Assembly: GCA_963766775.1 (NCBI GenBank)
Contig: CAVYBP010000002.1
Span: 406,910 to 470,909, forward strand
Source of the DNA: an uncultured Phycisphaerales bacterium
Lineage (GTDB): Bacteria > Planctomycetota > Phycisphaerae > WQYP01
Length of the DNA stretch: 64,000 nucleotides
Reading direction: 5' to 3'
The position numbers were made by a program, and so were the translations under genes. Shown here piece after piece: positions 10,204 to 22,800 of this stretch. How positions within the stretch are numbered: the first letter of the stretch is position 1; each line of letters begins with the position of its first letter. The notes beneath the pieces are model-generated. The model did no database searches, was not told where the DNA came from, and was given only the letters and a program-made list of their open reading frames with translations.

Positions 10204-12750
10204 ATGCCCACCTGCCCACAATGTCACTCCCCGCTTCCCCCCGATGCCCCGGCAGGCCTCTGCCCCGCTTGCCTCCTCAAACGCGGACTCGAACCCAACA
10301 CCCTTCCCCCCTCCGAAATACCCAATCTCAAATCCTCCTCCTCCTGGACCCCGCCCACCCCCGAAGAACTCGCCCCCTTCTTCCCGGACCTCGACCTCCT
10401 CTCCCTCCTTGGCCGCGGCGGCATGGGTGCCGTCTACAAGGCCCGCCAAAAATCGCTCGACCGCATCATCGCCCTCAAAATACTCCCCCCACAAATCTCT
10501 CGCGACGCCAACGCCGCGGGTTTCGCCCAACGCTTCACTCACGAAGCCCAGGCCCTCGCAAAACTCAACCACCCCCACATTGTCACCATCTACGACTTCG
10601 GCCAACGAACTGGAGAACCCGCCACACCGGCACAAACGCCAGAAGCCCCTCCATCCCCACCCCAACCCCTCCCCTCTTCAGAATTCATAATTGATAATTC
10701 CTCCCATCCCTCCCTCTTCTACTTCCTCATGGAATACATCGACGGTCTCTCGTTGCGCCAACTCCTCGACGCCAACACCCTCGCCCCCTCCGACGCTCTC
10801 GCGATCGTCCCCCAAATCTGCGACGCCCTCCAATATGCTCACGACCGCGGCATCGTCCACCGCGACATCAAACCCGAAAATATCCTCCTCACCAAATCCG
10901 GCCAAATCAAAATCGCCGACTTCGGACTCGCGAAGTTGATGAGGACTGCGGACACAGGACTGAGGACTGAGACGACCACCGCCCACTCCCCACTAAGTCC
11001 TCAGCACTCAGTCCTCAACACTTCAATCGCCGGCACCCCTCAATACATGTCCCCCGAACAATCCTCCGCGCCCGACTCCGTCGACCACCGCGCCGACATC
11101 TACGCCCTCGGCGTCGTCTTCTACCAAATGCTCACCGGCGAACTCCCGCCGAATCCACTGACCGCCCCCTCCACCAAAGTTCACATCGACGTCCGCCTCG
11201 ACGAAATCGTCCTCCGCGCCCTGCAACAAAACCCCGACGCGAGATACCAAAACGCCACCCAGTTCAAAACCGAAGTCGAAACCGTTGCCAGCACTCAATC
11301 GCCCCGCTCGCCAACCGCCGGCACGGCAAATCTCAAGCCCGCACCTGAACCCGTCCCCGTTCCGGTTTCTTCCCGAGATCCCTGGATGTGGTCCCCCTTT
11401 CAAAACACTCGGGTTCGTGAAATCTGCGCTCACATGTCACCCCACGAGAAAATGGACGCAATGTTTGTGAGTGGCTTCTTCGGCCTCGGGATAGCTGCCA
11501 CGGTCATTGGAACATTCGTTCTATTCTTCTGTTTGTCCTATCCTTTGAACTTTATCTTCCCCCCAATCGCTCTGGCCGTAGGGATCGTCTTGATTCCTCT
11601 TTGGCGACACATGCAGCGCGAATATCTTTGCAACACCGCATGGGCACGCGAACAAAACATCACCGCCGACCAACTAACCTCAATTCATGGACCGACCTCT
11701 CCGCGGGGCGGTGTGAGTTCGCCATCAGCGACGCCCTCCGCCCCTCCCTCCACCCTCCGACTCTCCCGCATCGCCCTTCTCGGAGCCCTTTGGGCTCCCT
11801 TCTTTTTCATTACGTTCCTGCTAATGTTTCGCGCAACCAAAATCGAAGTCGTCCCTGGAACTCCCGCCGATCTTGGCCCTCCCGTGTGGCAAATCATTCT
11901 GATGATTGCTCTCATCGCCGTGGGATTCTCCGCCCCCTTCGGCACCACCATCTGCGGCCTCGTCTCTCTCTCCCAAATCCGCCGCTCCAATGGCCGCCTT
12001 TACGGCCTCCCCCTTGCCCTCTTCGACGCCCTCCTCTTCCCCCTCCTAGTCCTCGATCTCGTGATTAACCTCGCCTGGGGTCTCATCTATGAAATTGCCG
12101 GCGGCCTCATCGGCCCGGTCTCGCCTCCCATCTCCACCAGTTTGGTCATGCTCACATCGCTCTGCGTCGTGGTCACTTGGGTTGTCGTCGATTTAATCAT
12201 CATCGTCTGGGCATGGCGCGCCGCAAAACAGCCTCTCCACAACACGCCGGCACAAAACATCGCGCCGCCTTCCCCATCATCCCCTCCCGCCGCACCAAAC
12301 GCCGAACTTCTCGATCATGCCCGCCAGGACCTCCGCATCCCCTCTATCGGCCTCCGCCTCGCCGCCGGAATCAACCTCGGCCTCATCCTCATCGTCGTCG
12401 CGTTCTTTTTCATCCGCGGAATATTCATGCCCGCCTTTCATGCCGGAGAGGCCTGGGCCGCTGGCGTCACAATCATTTGCCTCCTCGCTCTTGTCATCCC
12501 TTTATTCCTCTCGCTGTTCATCCTCAATGCCGCCTCCAACATGTCCCGCCTGCGAGGATACAACTCCTCCGTCGTGGCCAGCATCCTCTCCATGCTTGCA
12601 ATTCCCGGCAACCTCCTTGGCCTCCCAATGGGCATCTGGGCACTCGTAATCCTTTCCCGCCGCGACGTAAAATCCGCTTTCGACACCCACTCACGCATCG
12701 CCGAGCCTTCCGCTTTGCACCCTTCCGGCTTGCACTCATTTTCATGCTGA
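10204..12750 (+). CDS. Ser/Thr protein kinase with N-terminal Zn-ribbon and polytopic C-terminal membrane domain
   Basis: CPQCHSPLPPDAPAGLCPACL is followed by the kinase motifs GRGGMGAVYKA, HRDIKPENILL, IADFGLAK and GTPQYMSPEQ. Multiple hydrophobic segments follow. Confidence 0.9.
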   Translation: MPTCPQCHSPLPPDAPAGLCPACLLKRGLEPNTLPPSEIPNLKSSSSWTPPTPEELAPFFPDLDLLSLLGRGGMGAVYKARQKSLDRIIALKILPPQISRDANAAGFAQRFTHEAQALAKLNHPHIVTIYDFGQRTGEPATPAQTPEAPPSPPQPLPSSEFIIDNSSHPSLFYFLMEYIDGLSLRQLLDANTLAPSDALAIVPQICDALQYAHDRGIVHRDIKPENILLTKSGQIKIADFGLAKLMRTADTGLRTETTTAHSPLSPQHSVLNTSIAGTPQYMSPEQSSAPDSVDHRADIYALGVVFYQMLTGELPPNPLTAPSTKVHIDVRLDEIVLRALQQNPDARYQNATQFKTEVETVASTQSPRSPTAGTANLKPAPEPVPVPVSSRDPWMWSPFQNTRVREICAHMSPHEKMDAMFVSGFFGLGIAATVIGTFVLFFCLSYPLNFIFPPIALAVGIVLIPLWRHMQREYLCNTAWAREQNITADQLTSIHGPTSPRGGVSSPSATPSAPPSTLRLSRIALLGALWAPFFFITFLLMFRATKIEVVPGTPADLGPPVWQIILMIALIAVGFSAPFGTTICGLVSLSQIRRSNGRLYGLPLALFDALLFPLLVLDLVINLAWGLIYEIAGGLIGPVSPPISTSLVMLTSLCVVVTWVVVDLIIIVWAWRAAKQPLHNTPAQNIAPPSPSSPPAAPNAELLDHARQDLRIPSIGLRLAAGINLGLILIVVAFFFIRGIFMPAFHAGEAWAAGVTIICLLALVIPLFLSLFILNAASNMSRLRGYNSSVVASILSMLAIPGNLLGLPMGIWALVILSRRDVKSAFDTHSRIAEPSALHPSGLHSFSC

Positions 12751-14206
12751 CGGCCTTGTTCCTCATTGGCATCGTCGTGTGGGCCGCCGCACGACATCAC
12801 ACCCTGCACCGTGGTGAATCTGCTGCACCGCTCCCCATCGCCACCATCCCTGCCGGGCCATTCGTACAAACCCTCCGCTCCGGCATCACTGTCGAACTCG
12901 TCGGCATCTCCGAAAATCCCTCCGACCACGCCCCTTGGTGGCGACCCGACGGCTCCTCCCTCCCCGCACGCCCCTACCCCCACCTCCTCGCTTCCGTCAG
13001 CCCAGACCAAACCCATCTGGCCCGCGAATTTCTCATCCGCATGAGCGACCTCCCGCCCGGCGGAGTCACCACCCGATGGCAGTTCGATCCCTCCGCCAGT
13101 TCCGCCGGTGGCGGCCCCCTCGTGCTTGATCACCAATCCCAAAACAACCTTTCCGCCATCGCCGCGCTGGTTTCCAAAGATTCCCTCACCATCCGCTTCG
13201 GAGTCGCCTCCACCCGCTGGCAAACTTTCGCCGAAGACGGTCCCCGCGGCGGCTCCTCCATGTCCTTGAAAAACGGCACCGTCATCTTCTCGCCGACCTC
13301 AGAAACAGACGGCAAGACCACCCTCTCCGTCACCCACACGTACAGGACCAATGACGCCGAAACCGAAAATGGCCGGGACATCCGTCTCATCGCCATCGAC
13401 ACCAGCGGCCACGAATACACCGGCAATCGCACAACCGGCGGCGGTGCGGGCAACATTTCCCAAATCACCGCCACCTACGACCTCCCCATCCGCCAAATCA
13501 AATCATTCCAACTCCAATCCCGCCCCTACGAATGGGCCGAATTCAAAAACATCGCCTTGTCGCCATCTTCAGGAAACCGCCCCACAAGTACGGATGCAAA
13601 TGAAATTTCCCAGCAATCCGCCGATGAACAATTCCGTCTCGCGGAAGCCCAGCAGAAGGCCGGCACCATCACCCCGCTCCAATTCCTCTACGCCAAATAC
13701 GCCCACGACCTTGCCGTCTCAAAAATTGACCCGCAGCGCATCCATCCCGAAAACGTGCGCACAACTACACCGCCGACCGCCTGAAAATTATCGCCGCCCA
13801 ATACAAAGTCGGCCTCGCCACCGCGGAGGATCTGGAGACCGCGACCTACGAGCGCGATCTCGCCCAGACCGAAATGCTGTCCAAGGAACCATGGGAAAAG
13901 CGCGACCTTCGGTGGAAATTCACAACGCAACACTTGCAGCGCGTCTCGGATCGCTTCAAAAAAGGCCTGGCGAGCGCCGAGGAACTCGAAGACGCGACGT
14001 ATGACGCGCGGGTAGCCGGGATCGATGGCATCGCCAGCTCGCCCCAGGCCGCACGTAATTTGCGAATCTCCGCCGCGGAGGACCATCTCAAGCGCGTCGC
14101 CGATCGCTACCATGCAGGCACCGCCGATGCCGCCGAATACCACCGCGCCCAAAGCGAATTAAAGACCGTACACGCTGCGGTAGAGACGCCCACGGCAAAC
14201 CGTTGA
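12744..14206 (+). pseudogene. membrane-anchored protein with C-terminal helical repeats, frameshift near 13750
   Basis: The ATG at 12744 overlaps the kinase stop (ATGCTGA). MLTALFLIGIVVWAAA is an N-terminal TM. ORF 13874..14206 is open back to 13730 and continues the repeat pattern (AEDLETATYERDLA, AEELEDATYDARVA, ADAAEYHRAQSEL). Confidence 0.6.
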
Positions 14207-14328
14207 ACATTTGATCCAAAGGTTAGCCGGCGGTTTCAACGCCGCGGGTTAGCCGCGGACGTAGCGTCCGCGCTTTCCGCGCTGGGAAAACTTACCCTTG
14301 AATCCGCAATTACGTCCGCGTACCATCC

Positions 14329-14349
14329 GTAAAGACACACCGTCTTTAC
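14329..14349. promoter_or_regulatory. inverted repeat upstream of vapB (possible operator)
   Basis: gtaaagac-acacc-gtctttac forms an 8-bp perfect inverted repeat ending 10 nt before the ATG at 14360. Confidence 0.35.
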
Positions 14350-14359
14350 AGGTGCCCAA

Positions 14360-14644
14360 ATGAGCCTGCTCAACGTCCGCCTTGACCGCGATCTGGAACG
14401 CAAAGTCAAAGCCCTTCGCAAGGACGGTCTGGTCATCTCCACTCTCGTTCGCGATGCGATCAGCGATGCCTACGCGCGGCGACAAAGGAAGACTCCGAAG
14501 GATCGCGCCGCCTTCCTCGATGAAATTCACCGCAGCTACCCCGCCAACTACCCAAGTGTGGGAAAGCGTTACAACCTCGCCGACCGCAAACAGGCTCGTG
14601 CCGCGATTCTGGAGTTGATGCACGCGAAGAAATGCGGACGATGA
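14360..14644 (+). CDS. vapB: ribbon-helix-helix antitoxin (VapB/CopG-like)
   Basis: MSLLNVRLDRDLERKVKALRK is an RHH N-terminus. The stop overlaps the PIN gene start (ATGA). Confidence 0.75.
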   Translation: MSLLNVRLDRDLERKVKALRKDGLVISTLVRDAISDAYARRQRKTPKDRAAFLDEIHRSYPANYPSVGKRYNLADRKQARAAILELMHAKKCGR

Positions 14645-15054
14645 TTCTTCTCGATACCAATGTGCTTGTCGCCTTGATTGATCCGCGCGATCAACATGCT
14701 TCCGCCGCTCGGCGAGATCTGAAACGTTTCGCAACCAAAGAACTCGTCACCATCCCCTCCGTCCTTTGCGAAGCGGTTTTCCTCCTGCCCGCGCCCGCGC
14801 TTCGTCAGGGCCTGCGGACATGGATACAGCACGCCGACATTCAGATTCTTCCTACTATCGAAGAGCAAGGTCTTTACGCCGAAGTCTTCGACTGGCTCCA
14901 AAAATACTCGGACCATTTGCCCGACTGGACCGACGCAAATATTTGCGTACTTTCAGGTCTCTTGCGCAAGATCAAAATCTGGACTTATGACAAAGAATTC
15001 CGCACGACATGGTGCAGGCCGGATGGGTCCGGCGTCCCCCTTGCCCTGCGATAA
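14641..15054 (+). CDS. vapC: PIN-domain toxin VapC
   Basis: MILLDTNVLVALIDPRD is a classic PIN N-terminus, and conserved acidic residues occur later (CEAVF, DWTDA). Confidence 0.8.
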   Translation: MILLDTNVLVALIDPRDQHASAARRDLKRFATKELVTIPSVLCEAVFLLPAPALRQGLRTWIQHADIQILPTIEEQGLYAEVFDWLQKYSDHLPDWTDANICVLSGLLRKIKIWTYDKEFRTTWCRPDGSGVPLALR

Positions 15055-15310
15055 TGCGACCTGCATTCAATTTGTGCACCATTCGGTGCCAAACGATTCG
15101 CCCTCAGAGCGATAATCCCCCACATTTCACTTGACCCGCCGCGTTTTGGTGGTATTAACAGGTCGATATCCGCAGTATTCAGCCGTTTTTATATTTGGTT
15201 GAGCGTCCGTTGTCTGGCCGCAATGGTGAATCGGCTTCATCGGTTTGCGCCTTGGCCACCCAATTCCCACGGGTGGGCTTCGCTATGCGCTTTATTATAG
15301 GAGCACCTCC

Positions 15311-18300
15311 GTGTCCATCCGCACCGCCGTCCTCGCTGCCGCTGTCGCTTCTGTCTTCTCATTCCACAATTCGCTCGCCGTCGCGGACGTTCCGACGCTC
15401 TCGGGGGATTTGGTTCTCCGCTTCTCGAGCAGTGAATCGAATCATCAAACCTTTTATCTTCTTGAAGGTATCAGCCCGACAAGTCTGGTCCTCACCCTAC
15501 CCTCCGTGATCGATTTCTCCGTCGATCCCTCAAAACTTGGTCCCGGCACCCTGAACTGGTCCAATTCAACCACGTGGTCCACGATCTCTCTCGACCAGAG
15601 CAATTTGTTTATCGGTTCCACCGGCGGCGGTTCCTACAGCTACACCATCAGCCCCTCTCTCAACGCCATACAGAGCTTTGGACCTTCACAAAATGCCGTC
15701 ACCGCCCGTGTCGACTTCGTCATGGGTCCCGACACCGCTACCAACATACCCCCCACTGTTTTCTCTAATACCGTCACCGCCAATTTCAATGTCACGCTCC
15801 CCTCCGGTGCCCATCTCAACGACGATCAATTCAATGTCACCCTCAACAATTTCACCATCAACTCCGGCGCATCCATCTCCAACACCAATAGCATGATTAT
15901 CCAGAACAACTACACGAATCACGGTTCCGGCGGCCTTGGCGGCCTCGTGCAGGGCGACTTCTTCAATGATGCCCTTTCCGCCAATGGCGACATCGCCAAC
16001 GTCGATTTCCTCATCATTGTCGGCCACATGCAAAACGTCGGTGAACTTCAGGTTGCCAATCGGCTCGATCTTCGCTCCTCCTCCACCAACACCGGCATCC
16101 TGCGTATCAATGGCGGAACGCTGCACGTCGACGGCCCTTTGGCGAATAGCGGTCAATTGATACTGTCGGCCGGCACACTTATGGGTGCCGAAACCGTCAC
16201 CAACACCGGCGCGTTCCAATGGACCGGCGGCTTGATCGAAGTCCGCCGTCGTGAACAATTCCTCCTCTTTCACCATCGCCAGCAATAACGCCCAACTCTA
16301 CACCGGCACGATTACCAACAATGGCATCGTCACCGTTTCCGGAGGCGAGGCTTTTACCATCAGCGGGAACGGAGCATTGAATAATCAGGCGGGCGGTCTC
16401 GTGAACTTTGTTGATGACACGGGCGTCGCCGGCGGATTTATGGCCGGATTCCTCAACAACGCGGGCGAAATCCGAAAATCGGGCGGCACTGGCTTCTCCT
16501 TCATCGATACCACCATCAACAACACCGGCACCATCACAGTCAATACCGGCACCCTTGCTTTCAGGGTCGGTGGCAGCTTGTCCGGTACTCTCGGTTTCGC
16601 CAACAGTGGCTCGATACAACTCGCCGGCGGCTCAACCTTTTCCCTTAACGGTTTCATTACCGCCTCTGGCAATGGCACCCTGAACCTCGCCGGACCGCAC
16701 GCCACCGTTTTCACCGGCCAATCCGCTACCTTTCAAAACTTTACCAACGGTGCCAACTTTCTTATTACCGCCGGCACCCTCGGTGCTGATGTCGGAGGCA
16801 CACTTACGCTCAACCTCACCGGTCCCGCCTCCGTGCAAATGTCCGGCGGCAATATCGGCGGCGCTGGTTCCACCATCAACACCGGAAACTTCCAACTTTC
16901 CGGCGGCAATATCGTCGGCAACCTCACCAACAATTCCAATACCTTCTCCATCACCGCCGGTGCCTCCATCTTTGAAGGCAACCTCACCAACAACGGCACT
17001 GTCTCGCTCTCCGGTCCCAGTGACTTCAACGTCGGCGGCTTCGGCACCATCAACAATCAGGCCGGCACTCTCTTTGACATCCTCGATGACAGCCGCATCA
17101 TTGCCAGTTTTAACGGCGGCACCATCACCAACGCCGGAACCTTCCGCAAATCCGGCGGCACCGGCAACTCCTACATCAATGTCCCCTTCCAAAACACCGG
17201 CATCCTCTCCGTTACCAGCGGCGTCCTCTCTTTTGGTGGCAGCGGCTCCATCGCAGGCTCCTTCGTCTTTGCCAACGGTGGCCAAGTACAAATCATCAAT
17301 TCCACTTACCCCCTACAAGGAACCGTCTCCGCCTCTGGAAATGGTGCCTTTAACATCGCCGGCGGAACCCTGTTCGCACCCGACTCCCAATCCGCCACCC
17401 TCGCCAATTTCACCAATGGTGCCAACCTCCTCATCACCGGTGGCCTTCTTAAAGCCGACGGCACCGGGACCTTGACCTTGAATCTTACCGGCGCGGCCTC
17501 CGTTCAAATGTCCGGCGGAAACATTGGCGGCACCGGTTCCGTCCTCAACACCGGCAACTTCCAATTCGCCGGCGGCGAGGTCGTCGGAAACCTCGCCAAC
17601 GCCTCTTCAACTTTTACCATCACCTCTGGAGCCTACATTTTCGGAGGACTTCTCACCAACACCGCCACCATTTCCGAATCCGGGAACATTGACCTCAACA
17701 TCGGCGGCTTCGGTACCTTGAACAATCAGGCCGGCGCTCTCTTTAACATCCTCGATGACAGCCGCATCATCGCCAGCTTTAACGCTGGCACCATCACCAA
17801 CGCAGGAACCTTCCGAAAATCCGGCGGCACTGGGAACTCTTACATCAATCTCCCCTTCTCAAGCACCGGCATCGTCTCTGTTACCAGCAATGGAATTCTG
17901 TCGTTTGGCGGAAGCGGCAGTTTCGCCGGATCGTTCGTCTTCGCCAACGGCGGTCAGGTGCAAATCATCAATTCGACCTACGCGCTTCAGGGTACCGTTT
18001 CCGCCTCCGGTAACGGTGCCTTTAACGTCGCCGGCGGAACCTTATTTGTGCCTGACACGCAATCCTCTACATTCACCAACTTCACCAACGGAGCGAACCT
18101 CCTCATTACGAACGGCACGATTAAAGCCGACGGCGGCTGCACATTGACCCTCAATCTCACGGGCCCTGCCTCCGTCCAAATGTCCGGCGGCAACATCGGC
18201 GGTGCCGGTTCCATCATCAATACCGGCAATTTCCAATTGTCCGGCGGTGAGGTCGTCGGAAACCTCCTCAATTCGTCCAATTCCTTTTCCATTACTTCAT

Positions 18301-19571
18301 CCCCAATGATCTTCGGTGGAACTCTCTCCAACGCCGGCACCATCTCGCAATCCGGTGCCAGTACGTTCTTCATCGGAAATGCCGGAGTCCTCGAAAACCA
18401 GTCCACCGGCCTCTACAACCTGCTTGACGACAGCGGCATCTTCAACGCTTTTAATGGCGGCTCCGTCACCAACGCCGGCACTTTCCGGAAATCCGGCGGA
18501 CTCGGAACCTCCAACATCGTTGTCCCAATGAGCAACACCGGCACCATCGATGTCCAGTCTGGAACACTTGCCATCGCCAGCATCACGCAAGCCTCCAACT
18601 CCACCCTCACCGGCGGCACATGGATCGTTCGTGCCAACTCCACCCTGACGATCGCCAACATTGCGATTTCCACCAATCAAGCCACCATCGCCCTCCACGG
18701 CCCCGGCTCTTCTTTCACTAATATCGCCGCCCTCAACAACAACCAGGGCCACTTTAGTATTCTTGAAGGCGCATCCTTTCAAATGAATGCCGACCTCACC
18801 AACTCCGGCACCTTTACCGTCGATGCCGCCAGTTCTCTTATTCCAGCGGCCGGCGTCACACTCACCAATTCCGGCACGGCCATTCTCGGCTCCGACACTG
18901 GTTCGCCTTTGAACGCCCCCCTCGCCATCGTCAACACCGGCAGCCTCACCCTTTCCTCCACGCAACACCTCGCCTCCCTCTTCAACATCGGCGGCACAAT
19001 CACCATCACCGCCGGCACCACTAAAACCAATGCCCTCTCCATCACCAGCGGCGGCGTCGATAACATCACCAGCGCCAAACTCATTGTGGAAACCGGCGCG
19101 GACCACAACGCCGTCTTTGCCGCTCTTCAATCCGACGCCGCCTCCCAGGCCCTCACCAGTTCCACTCTCCCCCCCGGCTTCGGCATCGCTGTCCTCGACA
19201 ACGCGGTGCTGAACCTCTCCACCTTCGGCGGCGAAACCGTGGACGCCAACGCCATCCTCATCAGTGCCGAACTCACCGGCGACGCCAATGCCGACGGTCA
19301 CGTCGACCTCAACGATCTCAACACCATCCTCAACAACCTCGGAACCGCCAGCGGCGGCTGGACCCGTGGCGGCTTCGACGGCCAACCCACCATCGACCTC
19401 AACGACCTCAACGACGTCCTCAATAACCTCGGCACCACCTACGCCAACAGCAGCAGCGTCATCGCCGCCGAATCCCTCCTCGCCGCCACCCCAACCCCCG
19501 AACCCACCTCCCTGGCAACGGCCGCCACCCTCTCCATCCTCGTCCTCTTACGCCGACAGCGTCGCGCCTAA
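15311..19571 (+). pseudogene. giant repetitive beta-helix-type surface protein with dockerin-like repeats and PEP-CTERM anchor; frameshift near 16243
   Basis: The GTG at 15311 follows aggag and gives the signal peptide VSIRTAVLAAAVASVFSFHNSLAVA. ORF 15245..16288 and ORF 16251..19571 (open from 16236) join as WTGGLIE/AVVNNSSSF. The C-terminus has DANADGHVDLNDLN, TIDLNDLN and PEPTSLA...LLRRQRRA. Confidence 0.8.
16379..18560 (+). repeat. tandem repeat of about 670 bp (about 223 aa), about 3.2 copies, inside the adhesin gene
   Basis: Unit starts (aa[ct]aatcaggc[cg]ggc / gaaaaccagtcc) lie at 16379, 17052, 17721 and about 18393. Copies 2 and 3 are nearly identical (NQAG.LF.ILDDSRIIASFN.GTITNAGTFRKSGGTGNSYIN). 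Confidence 0.85.
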
Positions 19572-19881
19572 AAAAAACACGCGCGAATTGAACCCCCTCC
19601 CCTAACGCCCGCCATCCGCAGATGGCGCGGGCCAATGTGCCACCGCCGACAGAACAAAGCATTACACAAACCACGAAGTCCTTCACGCGACGCCCTGACG
19701 AATCGACCTATAAGCATCAAATCAACGTGCTCCCTTCACCTCGCTATCCCACCGCTTCGTTTTCACCCGAATTTTCATTGCTTTGCATTCCTCGCAAAGG
19801 TACCGTGAAGAAAATCGCCTCCTTCTTCAATACACCCCCCCAATTCCCTGTCGATGTCGTGTCCTGACCGGCCCAACTTTT

Positions 19882-22800
19882 ATGCATTGCAAACGTATCC
19901 CATCACCGTCCGCGCATCCTCTTATACATTCCATCGCGCACACTCCACCCATACCGTGGTCCCTCTTCGCTGTCGCCATTCTACCTGCCCTCCTCGCCAC
20001 CCCCGCGTTCGCGCAATTTACCGACAAAACCACCACCACTCCCATCGACATTCAGGACGGCTTCGGACCCGTCGGCGACGACCTCCCCTACAACGGCCTC
20101 AATTACTGCGTCCCTACCTCCGTCACGATGTCTCTCAGCTACCTCGGCGTCAATGGCTTCAACCAACTCGCCCCTCTCGCTCCCACCTTCGCCGACGGTC
20201 TTAACCTCGACCGCGTCATGAGCGGCATGATGCAAACGGGTGCCACCACCGGCACGGCCGCTAACCCATTCGTCTCCGCCATTCAAACCTACCTCGCTGC
20301 CAAAGGCATCTCCACCGCCAACTACACCCTCACCACCTACGAGGCACCAACCGTCAGCCTCCTCAGTTCCATCAACACCAACCAAACCGTCGTCGATCTC
20401 GTCTTCGGTTACTACAACACCGCCAACGTCCGTATCGATGGCCACTGCGTCGCGCTCGATAATCAGGCCGTCAACGTGCAAGGCCAAGCCTCCCCCAATA
20501 CCCTCGTCTTCAACAACCCTAAACCTGGAACCTTCACGCCGCTCGCCGATACCCCCGCTGCCTCCCTGCAATACATCAACATGGTCCCCACCAGCGGCAA
20601 CGACACCACCGACGGTGCACTCCAGCTCGACACCACCCAATACCCCAGCTTCTGGGGCTCCACCCGCGTCGTCCTCGAAACCGCCTACGCACTCACCATC
20701 AATGCCAACCAACAGTCCATCAATAATCCGACGCCCTCCCTTTGGACGCTTCCTGGCATCGCCGTCCTCAATACCAACGGCGGACTCCTCAACGTCATCG
20801 CCCCCATGACCGGCCCGGGCGGCATCTACTCCGTTCAACCCGGCACCCTTGAACTCGATGCTCCCGACAATACCACTGGCACCAACTACGGCTTCGGCGT
20901 CACCCTTAAAAGCACCATCGCCTCCGGAACCCCCTTCGGCACCGGCACCCTACAAATCCAAACTACCACGTTGCAACTCGCCCCCGCCCCCGATCCCAGC
21001 GACGCCGCCTTCACCGCCGCTTCCGGTCCCGGCCAACAACTCCTCTACGGCGGTGCTTCCACCATCGCCCTCAACCGCAACACCCGCACCTCACTCACCC
21101 TCACCCTCGGCGGAAATGTAGATACCACGACGTCAAACATTATCCGCAGCACCAACGGCACGCTCCTCATCGCCGCCTCCGACGGCACCGCTTCCCTCGG
21201 CTCACTCGACATCCTCACCATCGCCGGCACCGGCGCAAATCTCCCCGCCGTCGCGCACGGGATCGTCACCCCCTCCATCCTCGCAAAAGACACCGACGCC
21301 GGTGCGTCCGCTGACTTCCTCAACTACACCAGCAACGGTTTCATCAAAGCCACCTACCAATCCTCCGACATCACACCTCTAGCCGCCGTCAGCGCGAACA
21401 CCGTCTACAACGTCAACACCGATGTCTCCGTCCCCGCCAACGCCACCGCGCATCTTTACGCCCTCAAAGTCGGCTCCCACAACATCGCCGGTGGAACTTC
21501 CAGCACTCTCGACGTCGGCCCGCAAGCCGCAGGCCAGGCAGGCATCATCCTCAACGGCGGTTCAATCAGCACCACTAATCTCAATTTCGGCCCCGCCGAA
21601 GGACTTATTTACACCAGCCTCAACGGCGGCACGATCTCTTCCGTCATCCAAGGCTCCGCCGGCATCACGACCTTCGGTCCCGGAAACCTCACCCTCCTCT
21701 CCGCCAACACCTACTCCGGCAACACCACCCTTCAGTCCGGCACCCTTATCGCCGCCAACTTCTCCGGCAATGGCTCCGTCACCGGCTCCAGCGCCGTCAT
21801 TGTCAATCAAACCGCCACACTTGAAATCTACGGCGCAAACGCCAAAGCCGGCGGCGCTGGCGGTACCACCATCAACCCCAACGGAACTCTCCTCCTCAAC
21901 GGCGGCACCCTCACCGGCAACCTCTCCATGCAGCCCGGTTCCTTCCTCAAAGGTCACGGGATTATCTCCGGGTCTTCCACCATCCTCGGCACCATCGGCG
22001 GCGATAACCTCCCCCAAAACATCACCTTCAACGGCAACGTCTCCATGTCCAACACCACCATCTACGACTGGCGACTCAATGCCCTCGACGACACCCCCGC
22101 TCACGCCGGCACCAATTGGAGCCTCCTCACCTTCAACGGACCCTCCACCATCCTCGGCACAAGCACCAAGCCCATCAACTTCACCATCGACCTTCCCAGC
22201 TTCCTCCCCGATCCCAATAGTGGCAATCTCTTCTGGGAACAGACCCACCAGTGGCTCATTATCACCGCCAGCAGTTTATCCACCTATTACAGCGGCGCTC
22301 TCCCCAGCTTCCTCCAAGGCTATTTCTCGCTCCCCGCGACCCTCAGCATCCCCCAAGTATCGCTCACTTACACGCCCTTCCCCGCCGTATCTTCAACATG
22401 GACTTCAGGCGGCAGCGGAAGCTGGAGCCTCACCTCCAACTGGGCCAACCAGACCTTCGCAAAACATGTTGGCGACACCGCCAATTTCACCACTTTCTCC
22501 GCCCCTTCCACCATCAACCTTGACGGCAGTTGGACCCTCGGAAATATCCATTTCCAAAGCCCATTTATTCTCAACATTGCGCCCGGCGCAAATGGCATGA
22601 TCACCCTTAACAACGGCAATAGCGACTCTCTCATCAACAACACCGGCGGTGCCTTCACCCTCAGCGCCCCGCTCACTCTCTTTTCCTCAGCCAACTTCCA
22701 AACCACAAACTCCACCGACTCCATCACCCTCTCCGGCCCCATCACCGGCCCCAACAGCATCACCTCCTCCGGTCCCGGCACCCTCACCCTATCAGGCTTA

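Noticed and set aside
12177-12743. N-terminal 189 codons of ORF 12177..13784
   Set aside because: This part overlaps the kinase gene out of frame and is Arg/Pro-rich. The ATG at 12744, followed by a TM helix and overlapping the kinase stop, is the credible start.
14360-15054. VapBC as something unusual
   Set aside because: This is a standard RHH/PIN type II toxin-antitoxin pair with an ATGA overlap. It is ordinary.
18297-19385. Long minus-strand ORFs inside the adhesin genes (also 16632..17291, 19981..20838, 21562..22248, 22809..23405)
   Set aside because: These are Gly/Val/Glu-rich mirror images of the repetitive plus-strand genes. They have no independent support.
19604-19632. Hairpin after the first adhesin gene as a rho-independent terminator
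   Set aside because: The stem is imperfect (gcccgccat...atggcgcgggc, with a bulge) and no T-tract follows. The evidence is too weak to call.
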